Part shown: positions 24,001 to 37,085 of the stretch, one piece after another | Numbering within the stretch: the first letter of the stretch is position 1 | How the letters are laid out: each line of letters begins with the position of its first letter | Source of the DNA: Raillietiella orientalis | Lineage: Eukaryota | Length of the DNA stretch: 64,000 nucleotides | Reading direction: 5' to 3' | Assembly (NCBI GenBank): GCA_036172245.1 | Contig: JAYWIR010000057.1 | Coordinates: 496,001-560,000, forward strand | Notes under the pieces: generated by a model | Databases searched by the model: none | Told to the model about the DNA's origin: nothing | Seen by the model: the letters and a program-made list of their open reading frames with translations, nothing else | Position numbers and translations under genes: made by a program

Positions 24001-25107
24001 TTGCGAGATCCAAGGGAGACGCTAAAAGAAGAACCAACAAAAACAGCAACTCCAAAGCCGCAGAGTTTTCCCAGAGAAACAGGGAGAGGACAGAAGTGTT
24101 CTCGACGCAAAGCGACGAACTCAGTGTCCTCGACGCAAGCGACGCAGTGGAATCTTCCTCTGCTTTCAGAGAATTTCTCAGAGGCCCCGTCCGTGTTAAG
24201 AACGAGAGGAATCACTCTGAAGTCCTCCTTGCTGCTTTCTTAGCCAGGATATTGCTTCGGTGACCACTTTTCGGTGACCTAGCTCTCTGGAGGTTTCCTC
24301 GAGGTGTCATTCTAACTGCAGCAAAGGATGACGCATCTTTTCGCTCAACATTAGGAACTGTAAGTTAGGTTCCCCATCTTCCCGTCATGTCCCCCACGTC
24401 GGGTTGTTCGACCAGTCCTCTTTGGCAAAGTGGGATGGTGGTGCGTCCAATTTTTCCTTCGACGCCAAGTAAAACCATCTGATGCTGTTGGAACATCACA
24501 GCAGACGCCGGACTGGGTTGCCTGCCCTTAGCGCGGAGATTTAGCGACGAATAGGAGTTCTGGCGCTCAGCAAGACCTCTTGCTTGTCGCTAGAAGACTC
24601 CGCGCTTTTCCGGAATTTACTTCGTCTCATCTTTGCGTGGTCTCGCTTTGTACCTCGTGTCCACTGGGCTCACGATGTTATCACCATTTCTTCACAACAG
24701 GCACTCACCAATCCATCGCCCGAGGGCGAATTTCTCTCTTCGTTGTTTCCCGAGTTCTGAGGAATAACTCCAGCCATCATATCAATCATGCTTAGCTTCT
24801 TTTGTGAAGCAATTGCTCCTGAGGGCAAACCCACACGCTTCGGATGGTTTTGAGGAGCGAATTTCTCTTCAAAAATCCAGCTTGCTCCCAGAGAGCTCCA
24901 TTCGGGAAGTGCAAATTTGGTAGAGGACTGGCTGAACAGCCTCGAAGTGACGTCTGCATGCAATCGCCTTTGAGGATTTTTGGGATGTTGCTTGCAATCA
25001 GCGTGAGCGCACTTCATATGGTTGCCATGACGGCAGCGGGCATCCGTTCCGGAAACGCGTGTGTTCACAAGGTGAAGCTAGGGCGCTCCGAGAGAAAACT
25101 GACAATA

Positions 25108-25856
25108 ACTCTTCAAGTTACGGGGTGCCCCGGGAGGGGACCACCCTGTGAATTCAGGGAGACTTCCAGAGGAAGGAGGATCCATTTCCTCTTATGCTTG
25201 GGAAGGAGTCGCGAAGGAAACCTTTCCCTTATTCTCTCCCAACAGACCCCTGAAGGGGGGGCATTCCCCACTTCTCCAGAGTGAATTGCTCCTTGTTTCC
25301 TCCTCTGAAGAGAACCCCGAAGGGAGCAGCACTTCTTAATACTCTGGAGAGGCAACTCTCTGAGGGGAGTCTCAACTGCTACAAGTACGCTTCGGAGGGA
25401 ACCCCGAAGGGAACTCTCGCCCTGGTTGTCTCCGGAGGGTGGGACCCAGAGGGAAGGGTCGTTGCTCGTTTCTGCTCCTAAGGGAATCCCGAAGGGATTC
25501 ATCCCAATTTCTCTGAAGGACGCTCCCCGAAGGGAGCAGCGCGCTTCTTACACTCTGTGAGAGGCAACCCCTCGAGGGGAATATCAACCAGCTCCATGGT
25601 ACGACCCCATTTTCATAACCGGAAGGATTCCCGAAGGGAACCGGTTCCTTGCTTCCTGGAAGCACTCCAGAGGGCCGACTTCCCATTCCGGTCAGTCGAC
25701 GGGGGCATGGAGGGGTTTCCGGCTTCCGCCAGTGCTCAGCATCATCCTGAGGGGAGACTCGAAAGCCATGACTCACCCATTTCTCGGCGTCGACCTTTTC
25801 TCGAACAGGATTCGGACCCGCGACGTTTGGCACCCAGCGCGGTGACCATACGGTTG
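25108..25856 (-). mobile_element. SINE copy 7 (duplicated internal body, tail truncated)
   Basis: Contains CTCTTCAAGTTACGGGG, two ACTCTG(G/T)GAGAGGCAAC blocks and the head GGATTCGGACCCGCGACGTTTGG. Confidence 0.85.
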
Positions 25857-26879
25857 TCATCGCGGGTTTGCCCTGTTGCTGAAAAGTTCGGGATCCACAA
25901 AGACTCAGGCAGAGGGGAACTCTGAACTTGCCCAGAGGGGAACCCCACGCTGCTGCTTTGGCGAATTCGCCCAAGCTGATCACGCCTTCTCGCTTCGAGG
26001 TCAGGTTGACGGACGAGTCGCGATCCTTATGTGCGTAGAGGACTTGGATTTTAAAGAGACACCGGTGCCAAGGGAGGAGGAGATCTCCAGCTTCCGAAAA
26101 AAAACAACCAAAAAACCTTTGACCCTTCTGAGAGGTGAGGAAAGCCCCTCAGGTCACGAAAAGCGCCTCAACCCCTGAAGAAAACTGACCCCATGGCACG
26201 AAAAAGGCTACGTGCTCGGACGGAAAATTTCGTCCGCTTTCTTTTTTGCACGGGAACTGGTAGCGGCAAGACCGACTTTCGGTTCTAGCTGCTCGAGCGT
26301 GGTCCAGGCGCCAGCCGAAACAACAGAAGAATGTGCTGAGGAAAGGCGCGCGTTTCCCAGGTGACATGGGATCCTTTCTTCCGCGAGCGCGTTCCGTACT
26401 TGTTTTGCCGCAATAAAGAAAGGGAAGCTGGCCGTTAGATCTAGTCCGTTTCCCACCGTAATTTCCTGCTCCTTTACCGGAGTGGCAACGCCGAGGTCAA
26501 ATCTGTCTCCAGCGGCAGTGCGAAAAATTGTCTTCCTAGCAGACGTGTGAACATCCTGAATGCCATTTCGGGCTCCGAGAAGTCTCCATGGAAAGAGAAA
26601 CTCTACAGAGCCGAAATGACTTTGCTTGCATTCGATCGCATCCCGAGATACACATTACATCGGCTGCCGCCGCCATGTGCACCCTCCGATTCGTGACAGG
26701 AGAATTTTTTTGTTTTTGGAGGAAGAGGGATCAAGGAATTTTTTTCCGGGGTCTCTCGCTCGAAAACCGCGAGCGGCTGAGAGAATGAAGCCGTTCAAGA
26801 TTTCTGGTTTCCCGGAATGCTCTCGGCGGGAACTCATCCGGGAGTGGCTGTTGGCGGGATGTCACTGGGCTTCCGGAAG

Positions 26880-28080
26880 ATCCCAGAACTCGTTCTGACT
26901 GGGTGCTTTTAGCAAACTTCCTCTGTTGCCGGCTGGGTTTTTCCCAGCTGGCTGGGAAAAACCCAGCCAGCAGCAGACAGAAAAAAGGAAAAAAAAATGC
27001 TGAAGTTCTCGGTTTACCTCGGTCCTCCGCAGTCATGCGAGCTTTGTCCTCCAGGAGGAGGAAGACGGGTAGAAGGAGAATCTCCTGGTTCCTCAGAAAA
27101 GAGGATTTTCCTTTTGGTGGATGACATTTGGCGACTCTCATCATCTACCCGTCTCAGCAGAGGCGTGGCTTTCACGCTGCCTGGCTAAGAATTCCAGTCG
27201 TCTCCCAAGGACGCATCGAAATGCCCCAAGCGACCAGCTCATTTCAGGGAGTGAAGTCGACGCCGCCACGAGAGCGACAAGCGATCGGAAGGCCCAGAAA
27301 GCTAACAGACATCAGACGAGTCAGGATGGCCGGCCGACTTTCCCCTGACTTTCCAGGCTTTTCTCTTTTGCCCTCAGGGGTAATGAGAAGAGGATCAGGC
27401 AATCGAAAATGACTGCTGAATCTTCCACGAAACTGCCTCGTGGAGAGCTGCAAAGAAGGTCTCTTCTGGGGAGCTGACTCTGGGACGATTCGGCTATCTC
27501 TTGATGTCCGAAGAGCGGATATGTGGATCAGATTTCTTCTCACATCCTCCTAATCCCTCCTGGAGCAGTGGTCCCCTTCTGTCAACGAGGGACTAGAGTG
27601 CTATGGATGTTCGAGAGGTGGCGACTTTCCTCCATAAGGAGACAGAGTTATTCCTAGGTCCGAGCTGCTGGGCACCGGCGTTTTCTTCGCTCCAGGCTCT
27701 GCTCGCTTGCATCCCGGCTATGCGCAGGCGCATCGTTTTCTGGAACCTTCTGGGGTCTCTCACGAAAGATGCCCGCCCAGTGCACGTCATGGCTCTGCCG
27801 AATGTCGGAGGATGCCCGATTCCAAAGAAGTAGCGCAGACATACGGAGCTTACGGGTGCCAGGAAGGCAAGGGGCCGCCGCGCATGGGTGCAAGATGGAA
27901 TCCGGGGATCGAAAGCAGAGATCGTCGTCGGGGCCACGCAGTCCGATGGACCGCGAGGAGGAAAGTTTGCATCAGGTGACCCCAGTCTCCAAACTGCTCG
28001 AAAACCACAGGGACCAGGGGAAGCTATGCCGCACGTGACGCTAAATGACCCACTTTCTCCCTTTAGGGGGATAAGCCCTA
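26880..28080 (+). mobile_element. Decayed L1 ORF2 C-terminal half
   Basis: CFSKLPL (~26905), RRISWFLRKEDFPFGG (~27075) and RRRIVFWNLL (~27725) occur in canonical order. Confidence 0.5.
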
Positions 28081-28087
28081 TGCGGAG

Positions 28088-28870
28088 TTGCTATCCGGTC
28101 ACGCCGAGTCATTTATTGAAACAACAATAAACAACTATTGTGGTAGGGCACATACCCCCCCACGTCCAACTCCGCGAAGCACCTGTCGGGTTGTCGATAA
28201 GCAGACCGGCGAGGTTCGCCTCAGCAGCAGTGGGGAACGGAGAAAACAAGAAGAAAATAAAATATAGGAATATAAACAAATAAATACATAAAAATACCAT
28301 GGAGGCCTGAAGGAGTCACGGCCCGCTGGAGGGAGTCCTCTTCATCCTTTCTAGGATGCCAGCTAAGTCCGTCTGGATAGCTTCCAGGTGAGTCCATCTG
28401 GCTGCTATCAGCAGAAAGCGGAGCGCATAGTCGATGGCTTCCCTCTCGTTTGCTTCCGTTTCAGAGTTGTTCCAGGCCGCCACAATCCTATGGAAGCATC
28501 AAGGAGCTGCTAGGGATGAGACTGGTGGTAGGTAAGCCCGTACGAAGAAGGGGCGTAAAACGTCTCTGCAGTTGTCAACGGAGGTCCTCAGGATCGTCCC
28601 AAAACCGTTCCCACAGGGGCCGGAGGGCAACATAGTCCACAGGCAGGTGCGAACTCCAGGGTCCGCTTCAGGTCTTCTCTAGGAATTCCCAGCAGCTCGC
28701 CTCAGCGTTAAAGTCATCGTGAAGGTGCACTTGGGATCGCAGCGTCCTCCAGCTGCCCATGGTCCATCCATTTATCAACATTCTCCTGCCTGCGAGCTCG
28801 CAGGGGACTTCCCAACTCCTCTTTTGGCTGTTGCCAATTGCCTTCCTCAGAGAGGATAGCATTTGCAGCA
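28088..28870 (-). mobile_element. WPHL-type LINE 3' portion (may extend further right)
   Basis: Peptides FLLIAARWTHLEAIQTDLAGILERMKRT and zf-RVT-like SHLPVDYVALRPLWERF; terminus AATAAATGACTCGGCGTGACCGGATAGCAA. Nucleotide similarity to 22436-22765. Confidence 0.7.
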
Positions 28871-31800
28871 AGGGAAGTCAGCTTAGCTCCACTTGCTCAT
28901 GCTGGGACTCTCCAGGATCTTCCGCAGAGAGCAGAGGGCGTAGATGCCGAGTCGCAGGTATTTCCATGTCTTCGAGCTCCCCCATCCGGAGGGGGGGGGA
29001 GGAATTGCCCATCTGTCGACGACGCTGGCTCGCCGTCTTGAGGCTTGCAGTCCCCTCTGTCCTTCCGGCAGAGGGGACTGCAAAGCTCAAATAAGGCCGG
29101 GAAGATGCCAAGTCTGAGGTGAGACCCCGCTTAGAGTGCTGAGTTGCTGTTTGCGTCACCTGGAGGACTCGACGCTCTACTCCGTCGTTCGGAGGTGACA
29201 ACGGAAGGGAGACAAAATTCATCCCTAAAGTGGGTGCAGGTCTCCGTCTGGATCTGGCATCGCACAGGGAGAAGAGAACGGGCGTCCCAGACGTTGCCTA
29301 TTCTTTCCTGATTGCCTCAGGGGCGGTCAGAAAGGAAACCAATTGCTCGAGGCGAAGGGAGATATCAAAGACAAAGACATCGCTGCCTCCTCGTAGACGA
29401 TGGACCATCAGGTGGTCGGCTCCCTACGGTTCCGAAATCTCTGTGGTGAAGAGTGAATGGGAGAGCTGGATTCATCGGTCACGCTAGATCAATGAGGCAG
29501 CGTATGATTTACCTTGACATCCCACACAGAGGACGACGTCACACCTCAATGGGCCACCGGTTGGGGCCACCACCTCAATGAAGAGAAAAATCCCCTGGAA
29601 CACTAACGTGCAAGAAAGAGCAACGGCCTTCAGCCGTCGCGGATGCGAGTGCAGGATCTTCGAAAGCAGCGCCACCACACCTCATGCGGACATAACAGGA
29701 AGATGGCCAGGACAACGAGCTCTGCGGAGCGTCTCCGTCCCCGAGGTCCCGCTGTCGATGATAGCGAGAGATGACTCTTGGATTGCCGAGGCCAAAGGGA
29801 GAGGAGGTGGTATCTTCCTTCTTTGCTGCTACGCGCCTCCGGGAACGCTTCCCGCACACTGTCCTTTGGCTGCAGCCAAGGGTCTCCCATCTCCCACGGG
29901 TGTCCTCCTCGAGATGACTGATCGAGGCAACACCCCAAGGGCGAAAGACCCCTCATGATGCGATTGACCCGAGGAGAACGTGTGGTAGGGACACGGGCAC
30001 CGATAGTGAGACCGACTGACCCGCATCGGCTTCCCGGATAAACCAGAGGATCACCTGGTGCTTCTGGAGCACGCTTTCCTCCCTGAGAGGCTGACCCGCG
30101 CCACTTCTCCTAGGCAGAGTGCGCGCTAGCCCGGGAAGGCGTTTCTTTCTTGCGCGTGCTCCGCTGACAAGGAGGCAACTCCTGCCAAAATGAATGGCGA
30201 GTTGCGGCGAGGGGGAGGGACGCTATCCGGTAAAAGGGTCGGATGGAATCAGCTGACGCTCGCATGGGCGGCGAGCGGGTGCGAGGAGCGGTCTGCATCG
30301 CCAGCAGCAGCAGCAGCAGACGCTCCAGGGCGGAGACCGCCGGTCCGGAAAGATACATGTCGGCCCCGGTGGCAGGCGGGAGGTGGGACCTACTGCGGCA
30401 TCGATCTAAGCCGAGGGATTTGTTCCGGTCGCTCTTGGGACGGCTGGAGTTGCCCCGGGCGACGTGGACGGCGGGGCACCCCAATCAACGCCGACGCCAG
30501 GATTGGCTGCAGCCCTCAACCCTCCTCCATGGGCTCCTGTGATCCACATCCGGGGGGGAGCCACGCCGAAGAGCTCGAGGAAGCTCCGGCAGCCATCCGG
30601 GGAAGTTCGAGTGCGCTCTTGAGCGCATCGTGGGGAGAGTGGGTGGTGGCTTTGCGCCGCGAAGCGGGAGCATCTATCCTGCAGCTCCCGCGAGCCGCAG
30701 CAGACTCCAGACGAGAATGAGTGATGGCCAGCCCTTCTGCGCCGCTTGCCGGTCCCGTGCACTTGGACCGCGTCCAAGTCGCTCCCGCGGAACGAACAGA
30801 GGGAAGGATGAGGGGGAGGAGCGCAGGGCGTCCGCAGGAGGAGGGGAGAAGCGACTGATCCTTGGTAGGCTGGCGCGGCTGGCGCGACGGCGTTGGAACA
30901 GCCCGGGGGGCTCACCCGGCTGTTCAGGACTGGTTCTCGCGTTAACCCGGCTGCCCCAAGGGGGAAAACTCGGGGAGGCAAAGTCCCTCGGGTTAACAAG
31001 AAAGGGAGAATCGAGAGGCTTCCCCGGAGAGGAGGAGTGGAAGAGAGGACGTCTCTCTTCCCTGATGCTTGCGAGCGGGAGTGGTGCACGGGACCTGACT
31101 TGCGGAGGAGACCCCATGCAGTGCAGCCAGTTGGCCCTGAGAGCATCGGTCTTTCCCTCGGCGGCGGCGGGCATCTGAACTCTCGAAGTCAGACGGTCGC
31201 TGCGTGCGGTCACTGTAACCAGGGGCGTGGAATCCAGGGCATCTAGAAGGGAAGCGAGTCCTGCACTCGTGAAGTGAAGATCACGGACCACAGACTTTCT
31301 GCAGAGAGTCGAGGCCACGCTGCTCCAGTGGATTGCTGCTCCACACCTTGGCAACCGAGGCGCAGCGATGCATCACGCAGAGAGGTGCCTTCGCAAGGGT
31401 CGCTGGCATGGGGTCGAAACGAGCACTGCGGCATGGCTCCAAGGCCCAGGAAGAGGAAAGGAGGAAGGGAAAAGCAACAGCAGCACAAAAATCCAAAAAG
31501 AAAAAAAAAGAGAGAAAGGAAAACCGGCGGGAAAAGAAGAGACGAAAAGGCGGGGCGTCGGTGCGGGGCAGCGCTGTCGTCTCCCCGCTCCTCCCCACCC
31601 CAGCCGCAGAGGCTTGCGGTTTCCCCTCGGGAGTTACAGCGGCACCAGCAAGGGGGCGCGCCCTCGGCTCAGCAACCCATCAATGGAGGATTTATGGGTC
31701 CGCGAGGACACGCGCGACCGCAAAGGGGATGCCGAGGGGGGGTGCTCCCCCACGCTCCGAAAACGGGAGTGGGGAGGTGAGCTGCTGCTGCCACCTCCTG

Positions 31801-32499
31801 TAGAATTCTTGCCACTTCCCCCTTGCTGCTCCGGAGGACCCCTTCCCTTTCCTCCTCTCCTTCCGGAGGAGGCGACGGGAAACCGGACGCTCGCCCTCGC
31901 CACCTCCTCCCCCTCCGACCTGTTTTTTCCCCCAGGCAGGCATCTGGGGAGCGATTAAGGGAGCTCCCTGCTCGCCTCTCCTCCTCCTCCTCTAGCAGCA
32001 GACTGAGGGACGCGCCGCTGCCGCCCTTTCATTGCCTCGGCCGTCGCCGCGGGCACTATGGGCCATTAGATGGGAGGGGAGGGACGGGAAGGGCCCCGTA
32101 AATCAGCCGAGTCCTAGAGGAAAACGCGCACTCCCTCCCCCTCCTCCTCTAACGACCCCTCCCGCCACCGACGTGGTCACAGCGGCACCCCCTACGGTAA
32201 TCAGCCCCTCCCCCATGGCTCCCAGCGAGCAACAGCCGGAGGGACACCGATGGGAGCTTTCCCTCTCTCTCGGGTGTCTTTTCGGGTTCTCGTCCTACCC
32301 TCTCCCGCTGGAGCTGTGGCCGCTGTGAGAAGAGCGCTTACAAGAGCGATTCCGGCTGGCTCCTGCAGCGGGGGTCGTCCCTTCCAGCCCCCCTCCGCCC
32401 TGTCCCGTCTCCCCCTGACTTTCCCTCCTTCCCGCGCGCGGAAGCCCGGTACCCGTCGTCCCGGAGGAGCCGTCCAGGTGCGTGCAAGGGTGGGGGGAG

Positions 32500-33450
32500 G
32501 AACCAGAAAAAAAAGTCAAAAAAGCGGGACGACGGCAGATGGCGCTCCCCTCACACTGCCGCCACGTGACCCGAGCGTGTGCGTCCCCGATAGATACCGT
32601 GGAAAACTCCCGCCCTGCAGCAGCGCCCGTGCCTCTCCCTTTTCGAGCGTTTTTGTTTTTTCGGGAGGGAGAGGGAGGGAGGGAAGGAGGGGAGTATGTG
32701 AAAGAAAGGGGCTTGCTGCGAGGAGGAGGAGAATGAAGGAAAGGAACCCTCCGGCGCTCACTTCCCCGAACGAATGGTCCTTACTCCCGAAGTCGCTCCT
32801 TGAAGATCGCCCCCGACCGGGCGAGCCGCGTCGGCGGTCGGGCTGTCCCGCGACGCTGCAGTTTCGCTCTCGGTCGGAAGGCCGCGTCGGGACAGAGACT
32901 GCAGAGAGATCCACAGCCCACTGGCTTGAGCAGGAAGCAGCAGCAGAAGAGGAGCCGCAAGATACCGCCTGCCTTCCCTCGAGGTCGGCAGGTCTTCCTC
33001 TTCCACCTCCCTTCTGCCTGAGTATCAAGAAAGAAAAGACCTGGATTCTTCCCGGCCTCATGCAAGCTTTTGAAATCTTTTACTGGGAAAAGCCGTGGCA
33101 CCACCACCACCACCACCGGCACCACCGTGCCTAACCAACCTAATCTACCTAACTGGTGGTCAATGCGAGACGATCCTTGCCTCGAGACCTTCCTAGTCAT
33201 CTTTGAGGTGGAGGAGGATGGCCAATCTCTCGGCTATGATCTCTCCCTTACCGGAAGAGAAAGCCCTAGGGAAATCACGAAGACGTCAATCCGGAACACA
33301 CTGATCCGAGGTCAAGATAGATGCAGGAAGAGATATGTCATTGACCAGAAGAGCGTTGGCATCCGCTGCAACCAGCTTTCAAAGCTCTGCGATGGATCTC
33401 TATTGCAAAAGGATAGGGACAGTTCCTCAGAGCTTTCGAAGCCACTGGAG
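32500..33450 (+). mobile_element. L1 ORF1-like remnant A
   Basis: EWSLL, FLFHLPS, FEIFYW, NLPNWWS and LSKLC...YCKRIG follow the DUF4283 then zf-CCHC order. Frameshifted. Confidence 0.5.
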
Positions 33451-34579
33451 GCTCGCACGGTACCGCATGACCGCGCCATGAAGGTTCCTGGAAAGTGTAC
33501 CGAAGAAAGAGACGTGGAAGGAGGAGGGCAGCAGAGGAATCTTTCGAGAAACGCTGCAGGGCAATGGGAAGAGGAACTCAACGAAGGCTGCCCTCCTACC
33601 CTCCGTAGACGCTGCTTGCGGGTTCTTCCAGGTCGGGCTGGTAGTCAATAGAGGAAGACTCCTCCAGGAAAGAGCGAGCGGAGTGTCGTTACAAGATTTT
33701 GAGACTGCCTCTAGGCAATCGGTCGAACATGGAATGCAGCTGCGAAGCTTCTCCGACCGCAAGGAAGTTGCCAGGACTTCCGGAAAACCTCTCGAATCAG
33801 CAGCGCCGCTCCAGAAGGTTCGATAGGAGGAGAACTATGCAAATGTTCTTTTCTATTCCAGCAGAAGCGAAAGAAGAACTCACGCAGGCGAGAGGCTGAA
33901 GAGACAGCTGCAACTTGCTCGGCGAGGCAAGAGAGCAGGGTCTTTAGAAGGCAGGATGCACTGCCTCCTAAAGATAGAAGAGCTTTTGAGCAACGACTAC
34001 AATGGAGTGGACTCCGAATAGCAAGAGAGGTGGCTATTGAGGAGGCTGCGAAAGAATGAAAAAAGGAAGCAGGAGCAAAACAGATAAAGGAGGACGCTCT
34101 TCTTTGGCGGACTCGACATCTTAGCGTTCCAGTGCGGAAAGCTGAAGAACCCGAGAGCAGCAGCAGAAGCAGCAGTAGTCCTCTGAGGGGTCTGCCAAAA
34201 TGGTGGACAGTGGTCTCTCGAAGAGATATTCACTATAGGAGCGTGCAGAGAATTTCACCCTCACATCTGTCGGATCTCCTTCCTTCTTCCTCTTCCCTCC
34301 TTCCCTTCCTATTCCTTTTAACAATTTCACTTCCTCCTCTTCCTTTCTTCCTCTTCCACCTCCTACCTTCTCTACAACCGAGCCAGCGTTCTTTGTGGGA
34401 GGGTTTCCGGGCTTTGAAAGTCGAATCTGGAGCTGCGGGTGAGTGATGGTTGCGACTAGGCCTCCTGTCACGAGAACAATCAGACTGGGATGCTGAGTGG
34501 GAATTGACTGGGTAAGACGAACCGCCGATTTCGAAGGAAAATGGGGAAGAAAAAAAACGAAGCAACAGTGAGAAAGGAG

Positions 34580-35480
34580 AACAACGTAAACGGACACGTG
34601 CAAAGGACCCGAGACAGACGAGATGCTGGTCTCAACGTGTTTCGAGTACTCTCCGGTAGGTCGTCAGCGGCTGCTAGCGGCGTAGGGGAGGTTTCTGAGG
34701 CCAGGTGGAGAAATCCACGCCTGATTCCTAACAGTAGAGGACTTCTCTGCTGAAGGATAAGACAGCTTCAAGCAGGAGCCCACGGACTGATGTGCCCGGG
34801 GAAACAGCACCATTTCTTCTCCAACCCCACTCTTCTGCATCCATCCTCACGCCGAGTGATCTGTATTTCTGTTTCTCTCGGGGACGACAAAAAAAGGGTG
34901 CTCCTGGTTCTTGCTGCGGGAAAATCCCCTTCGCCTGCAGGAGGGGATCATTTCCCAAGGACTCCGCAGGCTCGGTTGGAAAGCATTCCTCGTCAACTAA
35001 TGCAGTATGGCAGGCGGGCATCTACTGGCGGAAAGATCGCGTGAGCTTTCCTACCTTCCAAATGACGACCCTTCTCTCCGACTATTTAATAAGACTCTTC
35101 TTGACTTCGAGGCTGTGATGCTTTCTCATAACAGCAGCAGCTATCCTCTGCAGCACGCATGGCATCGCGGGGAGACTGCAGCGGCCCGGCCACCGTTGGG
35201 CAAAGCGAGCCAATGACCCAGAGTTCTCCTTCTTCTTCCCTCTTTGTTGTCATGGGACTCTGGAGCTCGGACCACCTCACCGTCCGCCTACAATTTGACT
35301 TCACCCGTCCCTTTCATAATTCCAAGACTACCTCTTGGAACCCTTGTAAGGAAAGATCCGGGCGCCCATTGTCATAGAGACCTCCGGGACGCGTCAGATC
35401 AACCTTGGATGGACAGGTTCCGGACCAGTTTACGCTGCTGCATCGCATCTGGACCTTTGCCACATTTGCGCCTCTGCAGT
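34580..35480 (+). mobile_element. L1 ORF1-like remnant B
   Basis: VLAAG, RVSFPTF, LTVRLQFDFTRPF (cf. ARVCVEIDLTKPL) and a Cys-rich end. Confidence 0.45.
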
Positions 35481-35873
35481 TGCAGAGTGAGAGCACGTCT
35501 TTGTATGTGCCTTCTTCATTCGATCTCGAAATCAACGACGATCCGTGCTCACCGCAGGGAGAGCACGGAGACCGTCGTCTATTTCCGCATCCCTCCGAAA
35601 AATCGGTGGTCAGCTGAGGGTAGCAGAAGGCGAAAGAAGAGCGGAACACTTCACCCCATGTGATCCCAGCTCTTGCTGGCGTCCGGTACCGCTTCGCTCT
35701 CCGTGCTCATTGCAATATGTATGGACCTGGAAGCCCCTTCCAAACAGAGGGATACGTCTGACTCGATCCCGATGCAAAGCACCTTGGTCGCGCTAGAACT
35801 GCCCATGGCAGCTGTGTCCCGTGGGAGTGCCGGCTGTGGTGGCCCCGAGAACGACGGGAGAACCCAGACGACC

Positions 35874-37085
35874 TTTTTTTGGTTCACCAAGTGTCGAAGA
35901 ACTGTTTGCCCTATGATCTCACGAAGCTTTCTGAGGAAGGTGTGGTGTGACCCGAGGGTGCGTGTGACTTTTCATGCTAGGAAGCAACACCGGAGGGACA
36001 CCCTATGAATCAAGAAAGGCTTCGGAGGAAGGAATGACCTCCTCTTACGCTTGGGAGGAAATCCCGAAGAGAACTTTAGCCCTGGTGGTCTCCGGAGGGA
36101 TCATCCAGAGGGGAGAGACTCCTCGTTTCTTCTCCGAAGGGAACCCGGAAAGGAATCGCTCCTGGAATTCCTTCTTCGGAGGCAACCCCGAAGGGATTCA
36201 TCCCAATTTCTCTAAAGGGCACTTTCCCGAAGGGCGCAGCGCGCTTTTTACACTGTTGAGAGGCAACCCCTCGAGGGAAATATCAACCAGCTCCATGGTA
36301 CGATTCCATTTTCATAACTGGAGGGAACTCCGAAGGGGACCGGCTCCTTGTTTCCTGGAAGGACCCTGGAGGATCAAGTTCCAATCCTGGCCAGTCAATG
36401 GAAGCGGTTTCTATCAGTGCTGCACCCTTGGAACCCCCCGCGGCAACGCCAGAGACGTTGTAAAGTGCCTGTTCCTGAGAGACGTTCTCACACCGGTCGC
36501 ATCCCCAGCAGCACTGCTCTGCCCACGCGGAGGGATCATGGCTGCATGGAGCAACGCAAGAGGAGTCCAGAATGACGGACGCCATCCATTCTGCTGTCCT
36601 CTTTATGAGGGCAGCGTCAAACTGGCCCCATCTGGGAGTCTTGAAACAGGAACTTGTCGACATCCTTACAAGGATGCAGAGGACGCTTTCCAGAACACGG
36701 TGATCCCATCCCCCATTTTTTGAGTGCACTTCTCGCTTTGTTTTTTTCTTTGTTTGTCGAGAGGCCCACCTTCCCCTGTGCTACCGAGGAGAACCCTGCT
36801 GGCCTGCGTGCCAGATCCCGGCAGGTTCCTTTTCGTATTCATACATAATGCTGCAGGATCAAACGTCCTGCCACAGACATGTGGGTTTATTTTATAAATA
36901 AACACCCCGGCGTGACCGTGTGTCAACCAGTGCCGCACCTGAAGCCAACCAAGACTAACCAGCGCCATCCTGCAGGAAGAAGGAGAATCGAATCCCACGA
37001 CGCGATCTCCGTTCTCGGCGTCCATCCTCCTTCGGGAGGAATTCGAACCCGCAACTCTTGGTGCCACACTTCCGCTAACGCGGCC
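35874..37085 (-). mobile_element. SINE copy 8, split by a LINE insertion at 36428-36926
   Basis: T-run tail at ~35874; the body runs to CAGTGCTGCACCC (36427), resumes CAGTGCCGCACCTGAAGCC at ~36928, and ends GGAATTCGAACCCGCAACTCTTGGTGCCAC. Confidence 0.85.
36428..36926 (+). mobile_element. 5'-truncated WPHL-type LINE with degenerate target-site duplication
   Basis: FMRAASNWPHLGVLKQELVDILTRMQRTLSRTR* at ~36602-36703; terminus AATAAACACCCCGGCGTGACCGTGTGTCAA; flanked by TCAGTGCTGCACC and CCAGTGCCGCACC. Confidence 0.8.

Noticed and set aside
30100..32300. Many overlapping 150-250 aa ORFs in GC-rich sequence
   Set aside because: Expected from high GC content; no domain was recognised beyond possible ORF1 debris.
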